Source: Nymphaea colorata
Taxonomy: Eukaryota
NCBI RefSeq assembly: GCF_008831285.2
Contig: NC_045138.2
Location: 28,954,001 to 29,018,000, forward strand
Length of the DNA stretch: 64,000 bases
Direction of reading: 5' to 3'
The notes beneath the pieces were generated by a model that ran no database searches, was not told where the DNA came from, and saw only the letters and a program-made list of their open reading frames with translations. The translations under genes and the position numbers were made by a program. Positions 52,825-64,000 of the stretch are shown piece by piece (position 1 is the stretch's first letter; each line of letters starts with the position of its first letter).

Positions 52825-53790
52825 ATTTCACCCGGGCCATCAAACGCCCTCGTAAAGGCCGCCAGACTTTGTTTTGCCGTGGATAACTTGTCCAGCATTC
52901 AGAGACGCATTAGTACGAGACATCGTCCGTCTAATATCGGGAAGGTGGTTCTCACCTAACGTCGCATGAGTGCGTCCCTTATGCTCCGATTCCCCATCGT
53001 TCTGTTCTTGTTCCCGCCACCGCCGTTTCTTCCCGGGTCATGTTAAGGTGGGGGAAAACAATGAGGCGTCCGTGCGAGAGACAGTCGAGGAGCCCTTCCC
53101 CTCTTCCCATGGAGAGGAAGAGGAAGCGATCCTTCTCATGGTTGAACGCCCTCACCAGGGAGCCCTTCTACCTCCTTCATTTCCTCCTCTTCGTCTCTTA
53201 CTTCGCCTTCGCCAGTCTGCTTCTCTCTCTATCTCGTCCGGACATCTTGAATCGTCTCCTTCGCAGGGTACGTTCTTCGAAACTTTGATTTCCTCCTCCT
53301 TTATTGCGGTCCCTTTTTCATGTTTGAAGAGGCCGATTGCATGGGTTTTTGGAAGATCTTCGATGGTTTTGATTTGAATATTTTCTGGAATTGAAGAGCT
53401 TCTGAGCTCTCTCTGGTAGACAATTCAATGAAGAAGTGACGGATTTTTTTTTCTTTTTCATGAGTATTGTAGGTGCTTCCATGTGTTTCGTTTGATTTTG
53501 AACGATTTTTTATCCAGGAAATTCAAGCGATCTTGGCGTTCTCTATTAATGCCGACGTGAAGGTAAAGGATTCTCTGATCAGGACGATATGTAGAAATAT
53601 GTACAGGCGGAATTTGCGTAAGCATGATGTCTGGGAATTTTTTGGGTTTAATTGTTCGCAGAGAAATGGCAATTCCGGTTTCTACTGGAACATTTAATTT
53701 GTATCCTTGAACTGACGATTATGCTTTAAACACAGTAGCTTCAACCTGGAAATGCCCTAGAATGATTTATACGTTGCTGGTTTGAATCAA
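52825..53790 (+). pseudogene. Inverted 5' fragment of the TMX2-like gene (promoter/5'UTR, exon 1, intron 1, exon 2, start of intron 2)
   Basis: Matches the reverse complement of ~29845-30895. Exon 1 is 53109-53267 (MERKRKRSFSWLNALTREPFYLLHFLLFVSY...RLLRR|GT) and exon 2 is 53518-53562 (EIQAILAFSINADVK|GT). Exons 3-10 were not found downstream. Confidence 0.9.
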
Positions 53791-54701
53791 TAATATAACC
53801 AGCGTCAACAATGTTAATGGACAAGATATATATGATTACTGATTCAAATTTGAATTCCTTTAATCGGATCTGGTAAATGAATCTCAATTCAATTGCTTAT
53901 CAAATTCTGATTTTGGTATTCGTCGTATAAGTGAGTTCAAATTCGAGCATGAATTCATTGTCAGATTTGTACTAGCGAGAAGCACAGTTCTCCTTGAGCT
54001 TCACTGGGTATTACAGTGAAAGCAGTTATAAGGCATTATATGAAGTTTCCTCTATATCAGATCAACTTCTTTATCGCCTCTCTAGACTATAACTCTTTTA
54101 GTTTCTGATTTTATCTTGCATCATTCTATTTATTTTGTTCGGAAAGCCGGGGATGACATTATGTTAGAAGACGCGCATTCCGAGTCTTAAACTCTTTGCT
54201 TCATCAACTTGAAGGTCTCAGATCATTCTCCTTATTCAAGTGCATATTGCGTGACAAGGTGATGAAACGCCAGAAGTCTTATCGTAACAATGCACTCTTC
54301 TTGTTTTGAATGTTTGTCCGTAAACATTTCGTCAAAAGAATTGTAGTTTATTCTTGCTTAGTTGCTTGTATCCAGCCCTGATCGATCTTAGGTGATGCAG
54401 TTTATGGTTGAGGTGTAGGATGCGTTTCTTAACCGTAACCCTAGTTACTAGAGAATTCTCTTCACGGGAATGCCTAGATATATAATTTCATATGCAACGA
54501 AGATAAAGAAGATAGGCCATAGCAAAGGTATATCACTGCAAAAAAAAAATCACTCTCTTTCTTTTTTATTGTAATTGAACACGTAAATTTATATTTGTGC
54601 AGGTGGTTAAAGCCTCGATGTTAGAATAATTATGTCGCTCTTTCATTTGAGGTGCTCCCTGGCTTGAAGATGTTTGGTGAATCTGCCTAACACCAGCAGG
54701 G

Positions 54702-55020
54702 TGTTAGGAACAACACACAAAACTCTCTTCTCGCACTTTCAAGATGGGGATAGAAGCAACAAGGAAGAAGACAAAGATTTACGTGGTTCGGAGCAATAAT
54801 CTCATACGTCCACGAACGCACAGATCTTTCACTATTTACTCTCAGATGATCACAGACATTCTCAGAGAAAAGACAAAAAAAAAACTGCGGCCCCCCTCAC
54901 AACATAAAGATTAGGGTAAACACGTATTTGTATAAATATTCTTTCGGGGTTAAAGCCCCTGAACCTCTATCCTTACGGGCATATGAGTGTCCAGTATGAA
55001 TCAAGTTCCATACACCAACA
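54702..55020. mobile_element. Probable solo LTR (Copia-like)
   Basis: TGTTAG...CCAACA termini and an internal GATTTACGTGGTTCGG...TACGTCCACG motif, which I recall as common in plant Copia LTRs. Flanks CAGGG/CAAGA match only 3/5. Confidence 0.5.
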
Positions 55021-57889
55021 CAAGAGTCATCAAAGGCGAATTGAATGAAGGTTAACAATAGCCCTTGATGAAATGCTTTCTCTTTAAATGCGTATAATAT
55101 TATCCTCATGATCACTGCCAGGGCTGCAATTCGCAGTCTAGTTTCAACCTCGGTGAACGCTCCACCGTTCCAACCGTTTCATATTAGATTAGAAGTTCCA
55201 TCATTCTCTAGTTTGTCATTTGAGTCTTCATATCAGACCCTTCCATCTTTGATAATTGAATATAAGATCCGAGGGATTCAAAACAAAAAGTAATTTGTAA
55301 AAACAACAAGGCATCAGATTCATTTCTTCATTGGTTTTCAATACAATTTAGGTATTCAATAAATCCCACAATAACCTTGCAATTTAAATCACAAATTGTC
55401 CTGATTGGACAGTTAAAGCACAAAGTTAAAAAGTTAATGGTGTTGATAAGTTAGTGCACGAATGTTTGTCATGTTGGACACTTTTCTTATTTCACATTTC
55501 ATGATTTCAACGTAAGCGTTAATTTATACTCGGTTTTTAAAAAGCCCCTTTCTCGTGTATCTAAACTTTGTAGGTGGAAAAGATGTTGGTGCATTACTCA
55601 GTCAATGATTTGGTTAAACTGGGTACCAATTTTTAGGCACCGACTTGCTCTAATAAGGAATTTATGTGGAGTACATTATGTTCTCAGAACACGTGTTATA
55701 GAAACGCATCATCCAAAAATTCCCTGTGTTTCAAATTTTCCCCAAGTATAATGGGATCATGAATGTTATTTTTAGAACTAAGTATCTAACAGTTAAATGC
55801 AGGGCATATTTAAATTACTTTTTTGAAACAAAAACATGTGCACGCCCAAAATGGCGCTTTTTTTGCCTCCAGAAACCATTTTGTGCTTGTTTGGGCACAC
55901 TCAAAGTGGCGTTTTCAGAAAACCTGGTTTTGAGATGCCTACTCGAACATGTAAACAAATTTTTTTCAAAAATTCATTAAAATAATAATTTTTATAAAAC
56001 TAATTGGGTATTTGGATGATACCCTCCTCTAACCCAGTTTTGTAAAAACTATAAGCATGTTTGGATGCATGCCCAAAAAAGCATTAGTTTTAGGGTATTC
56101 ACCTAAAACTAATTTTTATGTAGCCCACCCAAACATAAAAATGATGTTTTTCAAAACTCATTAAGAAATCATTTTACAAAACCAGGTTTTCTGAAACTCA
56201 AGTTTTTTAATCAGTTTCAGAAATTTTGTTTCTTTGTTTGGATGACAAAGCCAAAACCTGGTTTTTGAATAACTTAAAGTTGAGTTTGATAGATCCGATG
56301 CTGCATAAAAAGGTGTGTTTTGTTAGATCCTCAATTTAAACAAATGAAGATCTCTTAAATTCATGCTACATCTTAAAAATCATGAATTTAAGGTTAGATG
56401 GGAGTGGTCTGATCTTAAATCCATAGATCAGTTTCTACATTACCGGGGATCTGAGATCCACGGTGAAACAAACACAACCTAAAGGCTTTTACTTCTTTTT
56501 ACGAAACCAAATTTTGACAAAACTGATTGGCTTTGATGGCAGTCAAACACTCCCTAAATTTTAATAAAAATGAAAATTTTCAATGTGTTATGCAAACGCT
56601 ACCATGGCATTTTGAAACATGTGCTCTAAGAATATGTGTTCAAGAATGTAACATTTTCTTGGCAAGCACCATTAAGGAGTTTACATAAAAATAAAACTTT
56701 TTTTTTTCCAATGATTCGTCACATTTGATTTATAGTCTGTGATCATCTATATCTATAGACCACTATAAGTTTCCTTTTCACAAAACCTATTAAAAAAAAC
56801 ACAGTTAAACAAATACATAAAATCTTTTAAATAAAAATTTATATAAATTATTAAAGAAGTGCACCCCTACGAATGTGGTTAAAGGTAGGGGCCCAGGTCC
56901 ACCAACGACAACGTCCATTAAATTTTGTTCATTTTAGCCTGTGCCCATTCACATGGGGAACCAAAATTTCCTGTTCCGCCACTTTGCTTGAATAAACAAG
57001 TTCGACCTGACTTATAACTACATAATAGGGCACACCATCTCCAAAACCAATCACTTAGATTCAATATAAATGTATGTCTAAGAAGAGCGTTGTCTTTTCA
57101 AAACATATGTTCACATAACGCATGCTTCAATAAGATTGTTGTTATTTTAAGAAACATAATGTAATTATGTCCTGCGTCTATTTGTCGAATCTAAAAACAA
57201 TGTCAATAGTCCACAATATATTTCACTATATAGAAACATAGTGTTTTAGATACATGTTTTGAATTAAAATATGGGGCTTCAAGAACATATGTTCTTATCA
57301 AATGCCGTCTACAAGCCCACTTGAAATTCAATTTGAAAGGTCAACATTAGGTTATGAAATAAGTCCTGAGCCCATGTTCAGTTCTAAGCGTAGTAGTTTA
57401 TGTAGTGGGGGCGGCGCATTGGCAGACTGATAAAAGGTGGTTTGAGTATATTAAATTATATTTTTGGCCTTTTTCTTAAATAAGAACGACATATAAGTGA
57501 TTCTCATGACTTGGATTTTTAATTCCGACACTGCTATCTAGTAGGTATATTCAATTAAGGGGCTAGGTCGGAAAGCGAATATCATGTCAATGTTTTAATT
57601 CCGTGTCAAATACTGACAGCAAAACTATGTCGCAATCAGACGCCAATGTTGACCCTATCTAGCCTTATCCAAGAGAGGCACAGCACCACGTTTCACACAC
57701 TTGTGACATGTAACAAGTGGCAACATATTCCGCTACTTGCGACGAACTTCATATTATTCCGGAAATATCGCAATTTGTCACAGGTTAATATGTGAGAAAA
57801 CATCTGCTTTTCCTTTGTCAATTAATCTATAGAAAAACTTTATTTTTGCCGGTGTAAAGCAACATGCCTTAGCTTATTGTTTTTTTGCC

Positions 57890-57893
<4 letters not shown>

Positions 57894-57953
<60 letters not shown>
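57894..57953. repeat. (TA)n microsatellite
   Basis: Direct reading of the sequence. Confidence 0.95.
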
Positions 57954-57960
<7 letters not shown>

Positions 57961-58781
57961 AAGGGAGAAAGAGAGGAAGAGATGCCAAAAGGGCTGTGGA
58001 AGTCCATGAGGCAAAGCATGCACCCACGCCCTTCCCCACATGAACAACTGTGGAAGAACCTTACCAGTTGTAATGTTGTGCTGACCAGCTCCACTGGTGG
58101 ACAGGAAAATTTTCTAGAGGGGCACTGATTCACAGGTTTTCATACGGCACTAGGTTTTCATACGGCACTGATTGAGGAATTCCATTTCCACATTCCAATT
58201 TCAAGGTACAGCAATTTATGCGGCCGGCAATACGTGTTGTCTATATGTATATGTGCATGTGTGCGATCGGGAATCTATATATATGTACCATGACTAGGCC
58301 ACACACACACCACCCAAAAGAAAAGAAAAAAAAAACATGTGAACCGTCACTTGTCCGCGACAGTTTTTCTGAATCTCTAAAATTTCTTGTGTTATCGAAG
58401 AATAGTTTGTTTGATACAGATTTTTTGTCGTAGAGTTTGCATATATTTATAACCAATTTCAATACTCGATACTCGGGTCAGTGACCAGAACCGCTTTGTT
58501 TTCCTAAACTTGAGGGCCCTTGACAGCACTCAGCCCGGTAAAGTGATCGACGTACATATGGTTGTCACTGAGTTGAATCCAGAGAACTTTGTGTGGAATG
58601 GATCCAAACGTTATCAAGAAAAGGGTCATGCTGAATGCTGCTGTCCCATATTATTTCATAATGCGCGTCCGATGGCAGACCAGGATGGCCCTGACCTTTT
58701 TGCCTTTGCATAATCTTGTCGCTTCCCGAGATCGTTGAGCTTCCGCATGGACCGTCGGAGTTCTATGCTCTTGTACCAAGC

Positions 58782-58968
58782 CAGTGGTGGAGCCAAGATT
58801 TTTCATCCGTAGGGCACTTGCATTGGCAACACAACTTTGCGGTAGGCATTTCATAAAATTTTTAAATTTTTGAGTCATAACAATGTGAAATGAACACAAT
58901 ATAATGAAATTTTTTATGGATTGGCGTGGGCAGTGGCCCACCCAAACCAACGAGCAGCTCCACTACTG
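58782..58968. mobile_element. hAT-type MITE (family of 1900-2099, opposite orientation)
   Basis: CAGTGGTGGAGCCAAGATTTTT ... GCTCCACTACTG, with TSD TACCAAGC / CACCAAGC (7/8). Confidence 0.8.
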
Positions 58969-60171
58969 CACCAAGCAACGGTTTGTCATACCAAACAGGA
59001 TAACTTAACACAGTGATCAATTACAGATTGTAGACCCAAAGAAAACATAAGTTTACTTGGGACATGTCAAGTTTAAACATATAACAAGAGTAGTAGAAAG
59101 CATAAGTTTACTTGGGATATGTCAATTTTCACATAGTTTATATATATATATATAATTGTGTGTGTGTATATGTATATGTGTATCTGTGTGCATGTATAAA
59201 TGTGTACAGAGGCTTGAACGACGAAAATCCGAGTGCGGAACTGAGTAAGTCTTGATCATAGAGGCCTACCAAATACTTGTACTTGGTGAAATTGGATCTG
59301 ACAAAGACTGAGATTTATATATGGTTCCCAGATTGATCAAATTGATTGACATAAAACCTTGATGAAACTCGGGTCGAAATACAAAATGTACATTGAAACT
59401 CCGGCCGCCTGAGTTTAACCGATCTCAAAATTATTCAGTTTAGATTTGCAATATTATCAGACCCGGGTCCACTGGCACTGTCCACGTACGCTACGGAAAC
59501 AGTTGCAAACTTGGCTACAAACTAAGTCTAAAGTTTTGAACTTTAAGGAATCCAATTCAACACGGGCTTTGTATTAGTACTTGTTTTGATAAATTACGCA
59601 GAATGATTAGTGATGTTATTAGCTAATTCATTCCATTGTTTCTGTAAATGATATTCTTTCACAGGAAGTCAGGGTTTGCTCCTTCCATCAATTCTTCATC
59701 GGAAATGGTAGGTCTTAGTTATCTTCTTAAATTCAACCAAAGTTGATCTTCAGCTGACAGAGCTTTAAATGTCACACGTTCTCTTCCTTTATAAGTAAAT
59801 AATCTTCGTTTACGTGTGTGACTGCCTACGTGTATGCGTGTGTGTGTGAGAGAGACAGAGATGTTGGCGCCAATTATGAAAATTACGGGATTCTTGAGGC
59901 AGAAACCACAGGTGCAATTGAGTATTTGAATATGTTTGCCAAGACTTACATATTCGGGCCAAACATCAAAATAACGTTTTCTCTTCCTTCCTTTCCTAAT
60001 TTTCTTCTGAAAGAATTGTGTTTAATTGTTCATCAAATTTTCATTGGTCACAAGGAGTCGGTGTTTTGAAAACTTTCTCACTCATTGTATTCACATGATA
60101 CAAACTCAGTTTTCAGCTGACAAATGGTGTGGCCCATATTGTACAGGTATCAGATTTAAATTTTATACAAA

Positions 60172-60174
<3 letters not shown>

Positions 60175-60248
<74 letters not shown>
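60175..60248. repeat. Compound (TA)n(GA)n microsatellite
   Basis: Direct reading of the sequence. Confidence 0.95.
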
Positions 60249-60252
<4 letters not shown>

Positions 60253-61979
60253 TGAGTAGGATAGTCAGTTGGTCCGCCTGCTAAAAAGTAGAGATTAAAT
60301 AAAATTACTATTACACTGCAACATAAGAATGGTTGTTTTTTTTTTTTAGTCATGAGCTATTCCGGAGGTAGTTAATTAATCCTCTCATATGATGAATTGT
60401 TCATTTAACTGAAAAGTCTATATATTTATGCCAAAAGTGGCGTCCTTTTCACCATGAATGTCCATCACTCTCCAATTAAGAAGATTAGTTGGAAACTCAA
60501 CTGGAAGTCAGTGTTCTATTGGCATCAAACCAACAGATCAAGACAGATAAATGAAGTTTGCTTGTCGTATGGTCTTTGTTAAGTTGATTTTTACGGTAAC
60601 AACGACTATACCACACTGAAGATAAGGTCGTTGCAAATATGGCAACTGTTTCCATCTCGCGGAGTTCTTAACCGTTCTTATTTTTCCAAGATAATCCTGG
60701 TTTCTATGGGGCAATCTGGTTATCCGGATATGAAGATTGATTGTTGGCTACGTAAGTCCCTGCTTGTTAACCTGTCTTATATATCTTAATGACATCAGAA
60801 TTGAATCTGAGTTTTGTTTTCTAGAGATCGCATTGCCCGTCTTGGATGGACGACGTACTATTGATCTGTCACCACCTTGTACTGCTATTATTTAAAGAGA
60901 AATTTATTTGGCTCATTAAAAAGTAGCGTGCAGCTGAAAATTAATGCTTTCATTAAGCATGTGCTCTAATACTATGTATCTAGAGCACATATCATGAGTG
61001 ATAATTTTATGAGTAGAAAAGGAAATACAATTTCTGGTCCACATGACATGCAAATTCACCTCCTTCCTCCTTGCCTTTAAGGTGTAGGAATGCTTCGGGA
61101 CTTGGGTAGATTTACTGGATACCTTTCAACTGGAGTGATACCTTTCAACTGGAATGTTGCGCATGCCACTGTTGGCGGCCCAAAAAAATAGCACCTATCA
61201 AAATTAAACAAGGGATATGTTGTCTCTACTCGCCTCTTAGACAAACCAGTTATGCTTTATCCCTTGGAGCGCAAGTTCTGGTCCTTTGAGAGTCCTTTTT
61301 GTAATATTAAGATAATGCATGGCATTAACATGTTTTTTATGTGATTTGAGTTGTTTATTAAAATAGAAATTAAAAAGAAAACGCAAATCTTTCAATTTGG
61401 AAAACGTTGCTTGAATCTTTTTCCAAGGTGTAGTTTGTAAGATTTTTTTTTTTTTTGAAGTTTGGAAATTGTGTTGGATTTGGACCAGTGCCTTTCTTTT
61501 TTTTAAGTAGTCAGATTCCCCAAGAATGCTTTTCAAATCTGGGTTTCTATTCAGTTGGATATCTAACTTGGATCCCAATCAAACCGATGCCTGCTTTTCA
61601 ATTTCACATCTCATAAATCGAATGTTTTCCTTGTAATAATGCACATAAAATTTCAAAACTACCGTACAATAATGGGAGGAATGCATCCTGTAACAATTCA
61701 ATGATAAGAACTATGCTGCGTTAATGTCACGATAACAAGTATGAAAAAATATTTTTCTTCATCCTCACGATTAGTTGCTCGTTTGTGAAGTATAATCTTC
61801 GTCTTTCGAATTTATTCATTTTCTTATATTTGGAAAAAATTCCAGATTCATGGGAAGTGAACCCGGAATTTCTCGACCGCAATGAAGTTGCGGTTTGATC
61901 ACAAAGCGGTTTAGAAAGCATTTGGATCAGAACCTCTGTCCACAGATGTGTGGATCCGAAGTGGACCCGAAATAATGAT

Positions 61980-63410
61980 GAAGGATGGCCGGCGGTCAGG
62001 CGAGTGAGTGACCGTCGAGGAAAGGGGTTCCCCGTCGCCGGTGCACCCACCTCCTCACAGTTGGCCACGTGTCCTTGACCACCGCTTGTTAAGCCTTTCG
62101 ACACGAGCAACCTCACATGCAGCGCCTGACGCGATCACATGCGTGCGGGCCCCACAGAAAACTCTTATTATGAAAAAGCCCATAATTTCCATTCGCTTTT
62201 TTTTTCTTAAAAATAATTAAAAAAAGGGAAAAAAAAAGGAAGAAAAGAGTGAGAAAACCTCTACGCCAAGCAACACCGATACCCCGGCTTTTTCCCCTTT
62301 TTTTTTTTTTCTCTCCCCTTTATCTCTTTTCTTTTCACCGTCGCTTTTAATCCAAGTAAAAACGAGAAAGGAATGATGAGTAAGGTCGTATGGCCAATAA
62401 AGCCCCCGGATCTTTCCCAATTGACATTTATTTCCCTGGTTGTGGTGGGTGCATTGCTAGGCTGCAACGGACTCGGGTTGGTTCTAAGCCGTCTTCGAGT
62501 CGCAGTGTGGACTTATAGACTTTTCTGACTCATTGAGCCAGCCGAGCAGAGACTAGGTTAGAGACACCGTGAATCATGCCCCTAATCAGGCCAGACCTTC
62601 GACCTTGGCCCGAAGGTTCGGCAGGCGAGAGCGACCTGTGATGGGCATGATGACAAGAGAAGAATTTGGTTGGGCTCGGCCGGGTTCCTGGCACGTACCA
62701 CAAGTCAAACATGAGGTCCGTGAAATACTCGGCTTGGAGTTACACCAGGTTGGACCGAGTGGGGTTCGGCGAAGGCCTTGGATGCCATTGTTGTGGACAA
62801 CGCAGGGCTTGTCATTATGCGCGAGGTTTCCACTGCTTGAAAACGGAGGTCGTGTCCTAATGTAAAGGGTAAAATGGTCAACCAAAAAATACAGGACACG
62901 TTGATGTTATGGATATTTTAATGTCCGAAATCGCTTCACATAGACGAGAATGACGATATTCTCCTCAGGGGCAGAAGCGTCAACTCAGTAACTGGTCGTG
63001 GAGGCCACAATCCGGCCTTTGCGATCGAGCAAGCGAGCTCTTCACGTCTTGACTCTAGGGGTCTCAAAGGTCATTCTCTGAGAAGATGGAGGACATGTGC
63101 GCCATTCCGGAGGACATAGCTGACGTCGCCACGAAAGGCGGGGCCCGCTTGGTCACCATTGGGGGCAATCAGGTCTCCGGGTCCCACGCCGCAACGCGCT
63201 GTCCGGGCCTGCCTGAGGAGCGACCGGGTCCCCCCTGGTGCCACGTGGCGCACTCTAACATGGTGACAAGGCGGTAAGTCCTCCACGTGGGACCATTCGC
63301 TTGAGGGAAAAAAGGGCACCAATCTCCTCCTCGTTGGCAACGTGGCAAGATCCGGGCCGTTGGAAGCCGACCAAGTCGAGCTGTAAGCGCGGTGGGGGAA
63401 CGTGCGTTTT
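61980..63410. promoter_or_regulatory. Two CpG-rich G-box/ABRE clusters (61980-62160, 63060-63410)
   Basis: CACGTG at 62066, 63242 and 63284; AACGTGGC at ~63339; TGACGTC at 63121; GGGCCCCAC at ~62147; GGTCCCAC at ~63180. Confidence 0.4.
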
Positions 63411-64000
63411 TATTTTTTAAACAAAGAAAAAGTGAAAAAAATCCTAGCGCAATTGCCGAGGGCCGAGTAGAGAAAAGCGCAAAAACAAAAGGGTTAAAAT
63501 CATTTTCTGAAAAATCAGGACATAAGGAGAGAGGGTGACGGAGTCGAGCTGTAAAACTAACGCACGATTATAAGCGACAAACCAGGGTGATAAATTACAA
63601 TCATGTCCTTAATTTCAGTTATCGATACCAAAAATAACTTCCCTTCTAGTTTTTCCATTGTGGTGTCCGGGCCTATCGAGTAGTTTGGTCGTTAGAAGAC
63701 AAGGTCTTCCGGTTGTTCTCTTTTATTTATTTTATTGTATACAATTTAAGTAAGAGATAATGTAAATATATGAATTTTTATTTTAAATGAAAATGAGAAA
63801 TCAATTTGACAATGCTTAAACGCATTTACTGTTGCATCATTAAACACACGCGATCATAATAATGTATATACATATATTTTTTGAAATAAGTGAGCTGGGA
63901 TTAGGCAGGGAGACTCAACTGAATGAAGCAGCGTCTCGGAATGAGAGAAGGGCATATTCGTAGTTAAACGAGAAGGTGGCGCCATTTACTGATGCCCAAC

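Noticed and set aside
54603..54629. Possible remnant of TMX2 exon 3
   Set aside because: Only about half the bases match the parental exon 3, which is not convincing homology. It is treated only as a possible cryptic acceptor.
57980..58130. Two TTCCACAG words (miR396-like) on the minus strand and a 48-aa plus-strand ORF
   Set aside because: The match stops after 8-9 nt, no stem was found, the peptide is unrecognisable and its 3' end overlaps MITE-like sequence.

Overview
Plant (angiosperm) nuclear DNA, AT-rich, with many MITEs and microsatellites; the species cannot be determined from the window. Four complete protein-coding genes are readable: a 10-exon thioredoxin-related transmembrane protein (TMX2-like, minus, 22219-30571), an intronless PLS/E-class PPR gene (plus, 33313-34695), a 5-exon RCC1-repeat gene (plus, 37566-40302) and the splicing factor SNW/SKIP (minus, 43646-45478, with a ~3.8 kb 5'UTR intron). 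A probable non-coding first exon of a further gene runs off the left edge. The main unexplained structure is a pair of nested inverted duplications. The 5' end of TMX2 is copied at ~52.8-53.8 kb, and the SKIP 5' intron plus first codons are copied at ~31.6-33.05 kb. Together these fit one inversion with a staggered breakpoint that duplicated the head-to-head TMX2/SKIP promoter block. Other notable items: a U12-type intron with apparently non-canonical GT-GG ends in the RCC1 gene, a possible intron straddling the SKIP stop codon, and several G-box/TCP-rich CpG islands away from any gene I can see. All alignments were done by eye, and orthology remarks are from memory and need checking.
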